Below, one piece after another: positions 16,865 through 24,000 of a DNA stretch of 24,000 nucleotides; positions within the stretch are counted from its first letter, which is position 1, and every line of letters begins with the position of its first letter. The DNA lies in NCBI GenBank assembly GCA_903891085.1, contig CAITDJ010000113.1, forward strand, positions 41,276-65,275, in the 5' to 3' direction. The position numbers were made by a program, and so were the translations under genes. This stretch comes from an uncultured Bacteroidota bacterium (GTDB lineage Bacteria; Bacteroidota; Bacteroidia; Bacteroidales; F082). The notes below the pieces were generated by a model. It was not told the DNA's origin. It saw nothing but the letters and a program-made list of their open reading frames with translations, and searched no databases.

Positions 16865-17170
16865 TTAAAGCACAATCACTGAATTGATTGAACCAAATGC
16901 TGAAGCAATCTGTTTATCAGCTTCCTCTTCGTTGAACCAATTCGTTTGGTCGGCTACATAGCGGAAATGATACTCAGCTTCATTTGCCATTTCAATGGCA
17001 TGACTGAATGAGCCGTCCTTTAATGCTTTCATAACATCAATGGATGGGTCCCAGTTGTTAAAGTCACCAACAATGGCTACTCCTGAGGCATTCAATGCCT
17101 GTTCTTTCGAAAGTTTGAAACTAACTTTCGTTACCGCTTTGCTTTTTAACGCTTGTTTTTTAATACTCAT
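16865..17170 (-). CDS. Small CBM48 / isoamylase 'early set' (AMPK-beta glycogen-binding-like) domain protein
   Basis: I use the internal ATG at 17170 (MSIKKQALKS..., 101 aa) rather than the 149-aa track ORF, whose N-terminal extension looks non-coding. The domain pattern is V-F-L......V-IVGDFNNWD....M....DGSF...I......Y-FRYV-D...W. Confidence 0.7.
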   Translation of the reverse strand: MSIKKQALKSKAVTKVSFKLSKEQALNASGVAIVGDFNNWDPSIDVMKALKDGSFSHAIEMANEAEYHFRYVADQTNWFNEEEADKQIASAFGSINSVIVL

Positions 17171-17468
17171 TTTTGCAATTTTAGTTATCACTTTTATATT
17201 TATCCGATTACTAAACCAATTCCGGCGTTGTAATCTGGAGCCAAAAATAGATAATAACAACACGATCCTAAAAGAATAATCAAGGGGTTTGTCACCTAAA
17301 TAATTACATATCAATTATATATGTGTTTTATTCCATTTCTATACAAATCATGCAAACGGTTTCGGAACCTCCTGATTTTGATAATTTTGATATGAAAAGC
17401 TACTCTTAATGACTAATTTTTCTAATTTCGCCGCCCATTTGAATTCTTCATCAGAAAATTAAATCAGC

Positions 17469-17927
17469 ATGGAAGCAGATAAAAAAGCAGGACGATACGA
17501 ACGGATTGTTGAGCAGGTTAGTGAACTTTTAATCAAAAGCAATAATCCTGTTTCGGCAATGGCGACGATCATAGCCTTACTGCATCATAAAATGGGTTTT
17601 TTCTGGACAGGTTTTTACCTGTTGCAGGATGGAAAACTGCAGGTTGGCCCCTATCAGGGCGCGTTGGCCTGCATCGATCTGAAAAAAGATACAGGCGTTT
17701 GTTGGGCAGCCATCAATCGGCAACAAACGGTTATTGTTCCCAATGTACATGATTTTCCGGGACATATAGCCTGCGACAGCCGTTCAAAATCGGAAATTGT
17801 CGTGCCGGTCATTCTTCATGAAGGACGTATAACCGGTGTGTTGGATATCGACAGTGATACATTGAATGCTTTCGACCAAACGGATGCCGTTTGGCTAGAA
17901 AAACTGGTCAATCTCATTCATCACTGA
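17469..17927 (+). CDS. msrC: GAF domain protein, free methionine-(R)-sulfoxide reductase (MsrC/YebR) family
   Basis: 152 aa. The pattern is WTGFYLL..GKLQVGPYQG.LAC..I....GVC.AA.......VPNVHDFPGHIACDSRSKSEIVVP......ITGVLDIDS...N.FD..D..WLE, which is characteristic of YebR-type single-GAF proteins. Confidence 0.8.
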   Translation: MEADKKAGRYERIVEQVSELLIKSNNPVSAMATIIALLHHKMGFFWTGFYLLQDGKLQVGPYQGALACIDLKKDTGVCWAAINRQQTVIVPNVHDFPGHIACDSRSKSEIVVPVILHEGRITGVLDIDSDTLNAFDQTDAVWLEKLVNLIHH

Positions 17928-18044
17928 TCTTATCAGAAAAAAATATAGTATTTTTGCGCCCTAAATCGTTGATTTGCTTTGAAAGCGTAGCACAAATTTC
18001 TTTTTCCTTTCAGCCCGAATGTACAAATTTTCAATTAATCAAAT

Positions 18045-19163
18045 ATGACATATCCCTTCAAAATGAAAATCAGTTTCATGCTGGTTATTTTCTTCTTTAC
18101 CATTCTTATTGGCAGCATTCATGCCCAGCCTCCATCCGGTTATTATAACAATGCCGAAGGATTAAAAGGACAAGCCCTACAAGTAGCCTTATACAATATA
18201 ATCAAAGATCACACCTCACGTTCGTATGCCAATTTATGGACAGATTTTCAGTCGACTGACAAAAAAGGAAATGGAAAAGTGTGGGATATGTATTCTGATG
18301 TACCTGGCGGAACACCTGCCTATGAATATAATTTCGGGAGTGACCAATGTGGAAACTACGGTGGCGAAGGCGACTGCTATAACCGCGAACACTCATGGCC
18401 CAAAAGCTGGTTCAACGATGCCACACCCATGTATACCGAATTGTTTCATCTGGTACCGACAGATGGTTATGTAAATGGCAAGCGAAGCAATTATCCTTTT
18501 GGAGAGGTGGGTTCAGCCAGCTGGACATCGACAAATGGCAGCAAGGTGGGAAGCTGCAACTTTCCGGGTTATTCAGGAACCGTATTTGAACCAATCGACG
18601 CCTATAAAGGCGACTTTGCACGAAATTATTTCTATATGGCCACCCGCTATCAAAACGTGATTGCCGGCTGGGAAAACAACGACTCGAATGGCGATGCCGT
18701 TATGAACGGCACTTCGTATCCTGCTTTCGAAACATGGGTGGTGAATTTGTTACTTGCCTGGCATGAAGCCGATCCGGTAAGTGCCAAGGAAATTGCACGC
18801 AACAATGCCGTTTTTGCCATACAACATAACCGCAATCCGTATATCGATCATCCGGAATATGCTGTCATGGTTTGGGACCCCTATGTTGGTATTTCGACCA
18901 TTGCCTACAACACAGCCCAACTGCAGGTATGGCCAATGCCAGTAAGTTCACAGTTGAATTTTACAATCGACAACTATCAACCTTCAGGTGAATTAAAGAT
19001 GGTGATCCTCGATGTGGCCGGCAGGGTGATGATGGAACAACAAATCGTTGCAAACCAAACCATCACTGTGAACGAACTCGATAAACTATCCTCCGGATTC
19101 TATTTTCTATACGTTTCAGAAAACGGAAAAACCATTGCCACCTCGAAACTGTTGAAAAACTAA
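18045..19163 (+). CDS. Secreted endonuclease I family nuclease with T9SS C-terminal sorting domain
   Basis: 372 aa. The signal peptide may start at the second Met, nt 18063 (MKISFMLVIFFFTILIGSIHAQ). Endonuclease-I blocks are present: YNREHSWPKSWF, ELFHLVPTDGYVNGKRSNYPFGEV, FEP-D--KGD-AR and NRNPYIDHPEYA. The last ~80 aa resemble a Por_Secre_tail (VWPMPVSSQLNF...GFYFLYV...KLLKN). Confidence 0.85.
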   Translation: MTYPFKMKISFMLVIFFFTILIGSIHAQPPSGYYNNAEGLKGQALQVALYNIIKDHTSRSYANLWTDFQSTDKKGNGKVWDMYSDVPGGTPAYEYNFGSDQCGNYGGEGDCYNREHSWPKSWFNDATPMYTELFHLVPTDGYVNGKRSNYPFGEVGSASWTSTNGSKVGSCNFPGYSGTVFEPIDAYKGDFARNYFYMATRYQNVIAGWENNDSNGDAVMNGTSYPAFETWVVNLLLAWHEADPVSAKEIARNNAVFAIQHNRNPYIDHPEYAVMVWDPYVGISTIAYNTAQLQVWPMPVSSQLNFTIDNYQPSGELKMVILDVAGRVMMEQQIVANQTITVNELDKLSSGFYFLYVSENGKTIATSKLLKN

Positions 19164-19172
19164 AAGAAGACA

Positions 19173-19622
19173 ATGGCAAACGTCCGTATATCGAAACAGT
19201 TCAGATTTGAAATGGCCCATGTGTTGCTTGGATATGATGGTCCCTGCAAAAATGTGCATGGCCACTCATATGAATTGATTGTTACGGTGAAAGGCATTCC
19301 TGGAGTCGAAATTAATGACCCAAAATGCGGCATGGTGATGGATTTTGGCGACCTGAAAAGTATTGTACGCAAACAGATTATTGATGTTTTTGACCATGCA
19401 TTGGTACTCAACAAACGCACCCCTGTTGATGTAACCAATCACCTTCAGCAGCACTTCGAAAATGTCATTTTGCTCGATTATCAGCCAACAAGCGAGATGA
19501 TGGTGGCCGATTTTGCCGCCCGTATTGATTCCATGCTGCCCGAAAAGTTGCAATTGGTGCATGTGTTGCTGCGCGAAACCGCCTCTTCGTATGCCGAGTG
19601 GTTTGCCGAAGATAATGAATAA
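19173..19622 (+). CDS. queD: 6-carboxy-5,6,7,8-tetrahydropterin synthase (6-pyruvoyl-tetrahydropterin synthase family)
   Basis: 149 aa. Family blocks: FRFEMAHVLLGYDGPCKNVHGHSY, MVMDFGDLK, DH, and a C-terminal TSEMM...RETASSYAEW. It starts 9 nt after the nuclease stop. Confidence 0.85.
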   Translation: MANVRISKQFRFEMAHVLLGYDGPCKNVHGHSYELIVTVKGIPGVEINDPKCGMVMDFGDLKSIVRKQIIDVFDHALVLNKRTPVDVTNHLQQHFENVILLDYQPTSEMMVADFAARIDSMLPEKLQLVHVLLRETASSYAEWFAEDNE

Positions 19623-19669
19623 ATCTCAGATAGTTTCCCTTCACAGAAGAGCTGCCTGAAAGACTTTGT

Positions 19670-19720
19670 GGCTTTTATCATTTCATTCTTGACAGTCATT
19701 CTGTCATAAAAGCCTAATTT
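19670..19720 (+). terminator. Compound hairpin terminator after queD
   Basis: The outer 9-bp stem pairs GGCTTTTAT (19670-19678) with ATAAAAGCC (19706-19714). It encloses an inner hairpin GACAG-TCATT-CTGTC. TAATTTT follows. Confidence 0.5.
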
Positions 19721-19778
19721 TACACAACAAATTTCAATTGGCATTGTTTTCGATGTTTAACAGCAAAAAAAAATACCT

Positions 19779-20735
19779 ATGAGCAATTCAACAGAACATA
19801 TCGAATGTTTGATAATCGGATCGGGTCCGGCGGGCTACACAGCAGCCATTTATGCAGCACGTGCCGACCTGAAACCAGTTATGTATCAGGGCATGCAGCC
19901 CGGTGGCCAGTTGACCACCACCACCGAAGTCGAAAATTTTCCCGGAAATAAACATGGTGTTACCGGTCCCGAAATGATGGAAGGTTTGAAAGAACAGGCC
20001 GAACGTTTTGGCACTGACACCCGCTGGGGCGTCATTACAGAGGTTGATACCACTTCGCGCCCGTTTAGGGTGAAAGCCGACGATGGCAAGGAACTGTTGG
20101 CCGAAACCATTATCATTGCTACCGGTGCCACGGCAAAATATCTCGGTCTCGAATCGGAAGAGAAATTCAAAGGCGGAGGCGTTTCGGCCTGTGCCACCTG
20201 CGACGGTTTCTTTTACAAAGGCAAAGATGTGGCCGTTGTTGGTGGCGGCGATACTGCAGCCGAAGAAGCTACCTACCTGGCCAAGCTGTGCAAAAAAGTA
20301 TATCTGATTGTTCGTCGCGACGAGCTGCGCGCCTCGAAAGCCATGCAAAACAGGGTAAATTCAACGGCAAACATCGAAGTGCTTTGGAACCATCAAACCA
20401 AAGAACTGTTTGGCGAAGAAAAAGGGTTCATGAAAACCCTGAAAGGCGCCATCCTCATCAACAACAAAACACATCAGGAACGCACCATCGATATCGATGG
20501 TTTCTTTGTCGCCATCGGTCACCAGCCTAACAGCGATCTATTTGAAGGCGTTATTGAGATGGATGAAACAGGTTATATCGTTACAAAACCCGATTCAACC
20601 GCAACGAATATACCGGGCATTTTTGCTGCCGGAGATGTGCAGGACAAGATATTCCGTCAGGCGGTTACCGCTGCCGGAACCGGTTGTATGGCTGCACTCG
20701 AAGCCGAAAAATTTCTGGCCTCACTCAACGATTAA
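19779..20735 (+). CDS. trxB: Thioredoxin-disulfide reductase
   Basis: 318 aa. Motifs: GSGPAGYTAAIYAARA, GGQLTTTTEVENFPG, the redox-active CATCDGFF, GGGDTAAEEATYL and FAAGDV. Confidence 0.95.
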   Translation: MSNSTEHIECLIIGSGPAGYTAAIYAARADLKPVMYQGMQPGGQLTTTTEVENFPGNKHGVTGPEMMEGLKEQAERFGTDTRWGVITEVDTTSRPFRVKADDGKELLAETIIIATGATAKYLGLESEEKFKGGGVSACATCDGFFYKGKDVAVVGGGDTAAEEATYLAKLCKKVYLIVRRDELRASKAMQNRVNSTANIEVLWNHQTKELFGEEKGFMKTLKGAILINNKTHQERTIDIDGFFVAIGHQPNSDLFEGVIEMDETGYIVTKPDSTATNIPGIFAAGDVQDKIFRQAVTAAGTGCMAALEAEKFLASLND

Positions 20736-20765
20736 GTTTTAGTCAGGGTTTCACTTTGAGTGGTT

Positions 20766-20828
20766 AGCCAGGGCTTCACTTTGAGTGAAGCCCTGGCTAT
20801 ATACTAAGCGCAGCGTCTCGCTGCGCTT
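20766..20828 (+). terminator. Two tandem perfect hairpins downstream of trxB
   Basis: Hairpin 1 has a 14-bp perfect stem, AGCCAGGGCTTCAC (20766-20779) with GTGAAGCCCTGGCT (20785-20798), and loop TTTGA. Hairpin 2 has a 10-bp perfect stem, AAGCGCAGCG (20806-20815) with CGCTGCGCTT (20819-20828), and loop TCT. Neither has a strong U-tract. Confidence 0.6.
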
Positions 20829-20922
20829 GCCTTAACCGGCCTCCGGCCTGAATTCAGAATAATGTTCCACATATCCATAGATAATTTCACACAATCTGTG
20901 GTTTACCCAATTTGATAACACC

Positions 20923-20930
20923 TATTTTTG
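20923..20930 (+). promoter_or_regulatory. Candidate -7 promoter box for arfB
   Basis: TATTTTTG matches TAnnTTTG and lies 21 nt upstream of the ATG at 20951. Confidence 0.4.
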
Positions 20931-20950
20931 TATTCTCATCAAAGCATTTT

Positions 20951-21370
20951 ATGACTGTCGCCGACCTTATTGCAAGAGATTTCACAAACGAACTCACCTA
21001 TACGGCTTCGCGCAGTAGCGGGGCAGGCGGTCAAAACGTGAATAAGGTGAATACACGCATGGAATTGCGTTTCAATATTGCTGCATCAGCCAAACTGACT
21101 GAAGACGAAAAAGCAGCCTTGCTCGACAAACTTTCGGGACGAATCAACACCGAACACGAATTCATCGTCGTATCACAAACCGAACGCACCCAATTGGGCA
21201 ATAAAACCAAGGCAACCGAAAGGTTTTATGTGCTGATGGCCCGTGCACTCACACCGCGCAAACTGCGCAAAGCAACCCGGCCCTCCATGGCTTCAAAAGA
21301 AAGGCGGCTCGAGGAAAAGAAAAACATCTCCGAAAAGAAACAGCGAAGAAGAACTTCGAACAACGATTAG
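20951..21370 (+). CDS. arfB: Alternative ribosome-rescue factor ArfB (peptidyl-tRNA hydrolase, RF-1 domain protein)
   Basis: I use the ATG at 20951 (139 aa); the track ORF starts at an upstream TTG. The GGQ motif is in SRSSGAGGQNVNKVNTRMELRF. The basic C-terminal tail (RKLRKATRPSMASKERRLEEKK...KKQRRR) is typical of YaeJ/ArfB. Confidence 0.85.
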   Translation: MTVADLIARDFTNELTYTASRSSGAGGQNVNKVNTRMELRFNIAASAKLTEDEKAALLDKLSGRINTEHEFIVVSQTERTQLGNKTKATERFYVLMARALTPRKLRKATRPSMASKERRLEEKKNISEKKQRRRTSNND

Positions 21371-21826
21371 CTTCTAACCAAATTAATCAGTACGAGTTTA
21401 TTAATCTCCAAAAAAACTTATTCTCAGGAAATAGGCATTACGACAATAGCCGTCACAAGGTTTGGGACACCTATTATTCGTTGCTTGTTGGTTATACTTT
21501 TTCCTTATAAACTTCCCGGATCATTCTATGTCGGATAACCTCATTTAATAATTCGGTCAGGTGAATATTGAAGCCGAATGGTCTGTTATTGAGCCTCCTG
21601 ATGTCCGAAAAAATGACTACCAATTATTAAATTACGGATAAATGAAGTGAATGAGGTGAACGCTGAAACCCAAAATTATCGCTGGTATTTTTTAGAATTG
21701 AATATGCGTCCATCCAGCCTGATTAGTTACAAAACAAGCGCAAAACAAAAAAAACAGTTATTGATGTTCAATGTCTTATCTTTTTAACCAAAAATTAACC
21801 ACAATTTAACAATTTATTAATGTTGG

Positions 21827-21861
21827 TTTGATTCAAACACCCCTTAGTAGCACTAATTTTG
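21827..21861 (+). promoter_or_regulatory. Candidate promoter for the pit / DUF47 genes
   Basis: TTTG (21827-21830) and TAATTTTG (21854-21861) are separated by 23 bp, slightly longer than the usual 19-21. The -7 box lies 22 nt upstream of the ATG at 21883. Confidence 0.4.
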
Positions 21862-21882
21862 CAATCCCTTATATATGAACAA

Positions 21883-22869
21883 ATGGAGTTTTTATACATT
21901 GTTATCGCGGCCGTTCTTATTTTCGATTTTATCAATGGCTTTCATGATTCGGCAAACTCAATCGCCACTGTAGTTTCTACAAAAGTACTTTCCCCTTTTA
22001 CAGCAGTGTTGCTGGCAGCTTTTTTTAATTTCATCGCATTTCTGGTTTTTCCGCTTTCGGTTGCAGCCACTATCGGAAAAGGTATTGTTGATGCAGACGT
22101 GATTAACCTGAATGTGATTTTCGCAGCATTGATTGCCGCAATCAGCTGGAATCTGTTAACCTGGTGGTGGGGATTTCCTTCGAGTTCATCGCATACACTC
22201 GTTGGCGGATTGGTTGGAGCGGCTGTTGCTAAGGCCGGATTTGGTGCTGTAATCGCATCAGGTGTTTGGAAAATAGTTGCGTTTATTTTCATTTCACCTG
22301 TGGTCGGGATGGTTCTGTCATTTGGTATTTCCGCCATTGTTTTATTCCTTTTTCGAAATTATTCCCCATTTAAAGTTGACAAATATTTCAGACGATTTCA
22401 ATTACTTTCAGCATCGGCTTTCAGTTTGGGACATGGAGGAAACGATGCCCAAAAATCAATGGGTATCATTTGGGTGGCATTGATTGTTACCGGTCATGCT
22501 ACCAAAAATACAGAAATTGCGCTATGGATTGTACTTTCATGCCACTCAGCCATCGCGCTGGGTACCTTATTTGGTGGATGGCGAATCGTAAAAACAATGG
22601 GACAAAAAATAACAAAGCTGAAACCTTTTGAAGGTTTTTGTGCCGAAACAGCCGGTGCTCTCACCTTATTTGGTGCAACGGCCTTCGGAGTACCTGTAAG
22701 TACAACCCATACTATTACCGGTGCTATCATCGGAGCAGGTGCACGCAAAGGTGTTTCGGCAGTAAAATGGGGCGTTACCACTAACATATTCTGGGCATGG
22801 ATACTCACCATCCCGGTGTCAGCAATTATCAGTAGTATAGCATATCTTGTTGTCGCACATGTGTTTTAA
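21883..22869 (+). CDS. pit: Inorganic phosphate transporter, PiT (PHO4) family
   Basis: I use the ATG at 21883 (328 aa); the track ORF starts at an upstream TTG. The signature GFHDSANSIAT appears near the N-terminus. A second repeat carries GHGGNDAQKSMG and PVSTTHTITGAIIGAG. The protein is polytopic and hydrophobic. Confidence 0.9.
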   Translation: MEFLYIVIAAVLIFDFINGFHDSANSIATVVSTKVLSPFTAVLLAAFFNFIAFLVFPLSVAATIGKGIVDADVINLNVIFAALIAAISWNLLTWWWGFPSSSSHTLVGGLVGAAVAKAGFGAVIASGVWKIVAFIFISPVVGMVLSFGISAIVLFLFRNYSPFKVDKYFRRFQLLSASAFSLGHGGNDAQKSMGIIWVALIVTGHATKNTEIALWIVLSCHSAIALGTLFGGWRIVKTMGQKITKLKPFEGFCAETAGALTLFGATAFGVPVSTTHTITGAIIGAGARKGVSAVKWGVTTNIFWAWILTIPVSAIISSIAYLVVAHVF

Positions 22870-22927
22870 CTCGTTACTTATCAATAATACAGCATTTAAA
22901 TTGATTGAAATACCAAATTTATAGGAT

Positions 22928-23578
22928 ATGAAACTCGATGATTTATTAAAGTACTTTGTACCAAAAGAAACTGCCTTTTTTCCACTTTTTGATGAGGATG
23001 CCAAAATCCTGATCAAAGGTTCAGATTTATTGAAAGACCTGGTTTCGACAACCGATTTAGATGACCGTGATGCTTTTATCGCGAGGATAAAAGCCACCGA
23101 AAAAGAGGGAGACAGGCTTACCACTAAAATTTTTGAACAACTCAATAAATCATTTATCACCCCATTCGACCGCGAGGATATACAGAGTCTGGCTTCTTCC
23201 ATTGATGATGTGCTCGACAATATCAATGCAGCGAGTCAGCGTATCAGGTTGTATAAACCGAAATTTCTTACACCTGAAATGTTTAACGTTGCCGAAATGA
23301 TTGGGTTGGTTGCATTGCAAATTGAAATCGCTGTGAACGGATTAAGTCATCCGGGAAAAAACAGGGATAAAATAATGAATGCCTGCGATGAAATCAATGT
23401 ACTTGAAAACAAAGCAGATCATATATACAATTTAGCTATCTCCAAGCTTTTTGAGGAAGAAAAGGATACTATCGAGTTAATCAAGATAAAGGAAATACAC
23501 CAATCTCTTGAAAAAGCGGTTGACAAGGCCGAGGATGTCTCAGACGTCATCCGCACTATCATGGTAAAGCTGGCATAA
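22928..23578 (+). CDS. DUF47 family protein (PhoU-like Pit accessory protein, YkaA type)
   Basis: 216 aa. The N-terminal FFPLF, the block EKEGD-LT--I---L--SFITPFDREDI--LA--IDDVLD, and a later E--AD all match the DUF47/TIGR00153 pattern. It lies immediately adjacent to the PiT gene, as is usual for this family. Confidence 0.85.
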   Translation: MKLDDLLKYFVPKETAFFPLFDEDAKILIKGSDLLKDLVSTTDLDDRDAFIARIKATEKEGDRLTTKIFEQLNKSFITPFDREDIQSLASSIDDVLDNINAASQRIRLYKPKFLTPEMFNVAEMIGLVALQIEIAVNGLSHPGKNRDKIMNACDEINVLENKADHIYNLAISKLFEEEKDTIELIKIKEIHQSLEKAVDKAEDVSDVIRTIMVKLA

Positions 23579-23662
23579 ATTGACGAATACATCGGTTAAT
23601 CTTGCATGTAGTTAATTTCAACCGGAATTCCTTTCTATCTTTGCGTTGAAACAGAATTGTTT

Positions 23663-24000
23663 ATGGGGCGTGCAAATTCGCGGGAACATCGCATAATACG
23701 GGCATCCTGGATCAGTATTATCGGAAACGCGGTATTATCGATCTCCAAAATAGTAGCCGGTTTTATTTCGGGGAGCATAGCCCTTGTGGCAGATGGAGTG
23801 GATTCGGCAAGCGATATTATTACCTCACTTATCACCCTGATTACCGCACGTTTCATATCGAGACCTCCCAATATGAAATACCCTTACGGGTATGAAAAAG
23901 CCGATACAGTTGCTTCAAAACTACTCGCATTTATCATTTTCTTTGCCGGTGCACAATTGGCCATTACAACTGTTCACGGCATCATCCAAGGCGACAGATC
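23663..24000 (+). CDS. Cation diffusion facilitator (CDF) family transporter, 3'-truncated by window edge
   Basis: This ORF is not in the supplied track because it is open to the window end. From the ATG at 23663 it reads MGRANSREHRIIRASWISIIGNAVLSISKIVAGFISGSIALVADGVDSASDIITSLITLITARFISRPPNMKYPYGYEKADTVAS.... That is a typical CDF TM1-TM3 region, including the SIAL-AD---S-SD metal-site motif. The minus-strand track ORF at 23635-23871 is its antisense shadow. Confidence 0.85.
   Translation, partial: MGRANSREHRIIRASWISIIGNAVLSISKIVAGFISGSIALVADGVDSASDIITSLITLITARFISRPPNMKYPYGYEKADTVASKLLAFIIFFAGAQLAITTVHGIIQGDR

Noticed and set aside
17171-17314. N-terminal 48-residue extension of the CBM48-like ORF (track ORF 16865-17314)
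   Set aside because: The extension (MICNYLGDKPLDYSFRIVLLLSIFGSRLQRRNWFSNRINIKVITKIAK) has no signal-peptide logic and lies in AT-rich promoter-like sequence. The domain begins right after the internal ATG at 17170.
17929-17945. Short hairpin CTGAT-CTT-ATCAG after the GAF/msrC gene as a terminator
   Set aside because: The stem is only 5 bp. It is followed by an A-run rather than a T-run on the coding strand, so it is not a convincing intrinsic terminator.
19788-20348. 186-aa minus-strand ORF (and 103-aa, 74-aa, 80-aa and 81-aa ORFs) overlapping trxB
   Set aside because: These are antisense or out-of-frame shadow ORFs inside a strongly supported, relatively GC-rich trxB gene. Their Gly/Ala/Arg-rich composition is typical of shadow frames, and no family motifs are present.
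23635-23871. 78-aa minus-strand ORF at the right end of the window
   Set aside because: The opposite strand encodes a clear CDF transporter N-terminus (SIALVADGVDSASD motif) that runs off the window. The minus ORF is its antisense shadow.
1-24000. CRISPR arrays, transposases/IS elements, integrases, prophage or known defence-system genes
   Set aside because: I read through all intergenic regions and ORFs. I found no regularly spaced repeats, no terminal inverted repeats flanking an ORF, and no recombinase, RT, nuclease-ATPase or toxin-antitoxin signatures. YraN and endonuclease I are conserved housekeeping or secreted enzymes, not defence modules in this context.

Overview
The window looks like an ordinary, densely packed chromosomal region of a Bacteroidota genome. 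Evidence for that phylum: a T9SS C-terminal sorting domain, a FISUMP-domain protein, many lipobox lipoproteins, no Shine-Dalgarno sequences, and -33 TTTG / -7 TAnnTTTG promoter motifs. I can support 21 protein-coding genes, two of them truncated by the window edges, plus one tRNA-Asn(GTT), several hairpin terminators and several promoter motifs.

Gene content is mostly housekeeping or envelope-related:
- Regulation and membrane lipids: PlsC-type acyltransferase, multi-PAS/GAF hybrid histidine kinase.
- Envelope and membrane: hemolysin-III family protein, NlpC/P60 peptidase.
- Molybdenum cofactor and redox: MocA-like nucleotidyltransferase, YgfK-like 1088-aa Fe-S flavoprotein.
- Other enzymes: YraN, tryptophanase, CBM48-like small protein, GAF/MsrC.
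- Secreted endonuclease I.
- QueD, TrxB, ArfB.
- Ion transport: PiT phosphate transporter with its DUF47 partner, and a CDF transporter.

I found no CRISPR array, transposase, integrase, phage genes or recognisable defence system, and nothing I can honestly call a clear novel system.

The best leads are:
1. A divergon in which a MocA/YgfJ-like gene is co-transcribed with two overlapping, apparently paralogous lipoproteins of unknown function, opposite a YgfK-like gene. No molybdoenzyme partner is in view.
2. Tryptophanase with a roughly 140-nt leader carrying a 24-codon uORF, followed 29 nt downstream by a beta-barrel-like secreted protein.
3. Unexplained non-coding stretches: a GC-rich island or 44-codon sORF at about 5.9-6.05 kb, a repeat plus double hairpin after trxB, and about 450 bp of unassigned sequence upstream of pit.

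All family assignments come from motif recognition by eye and need HMM or BLAST confirmation.
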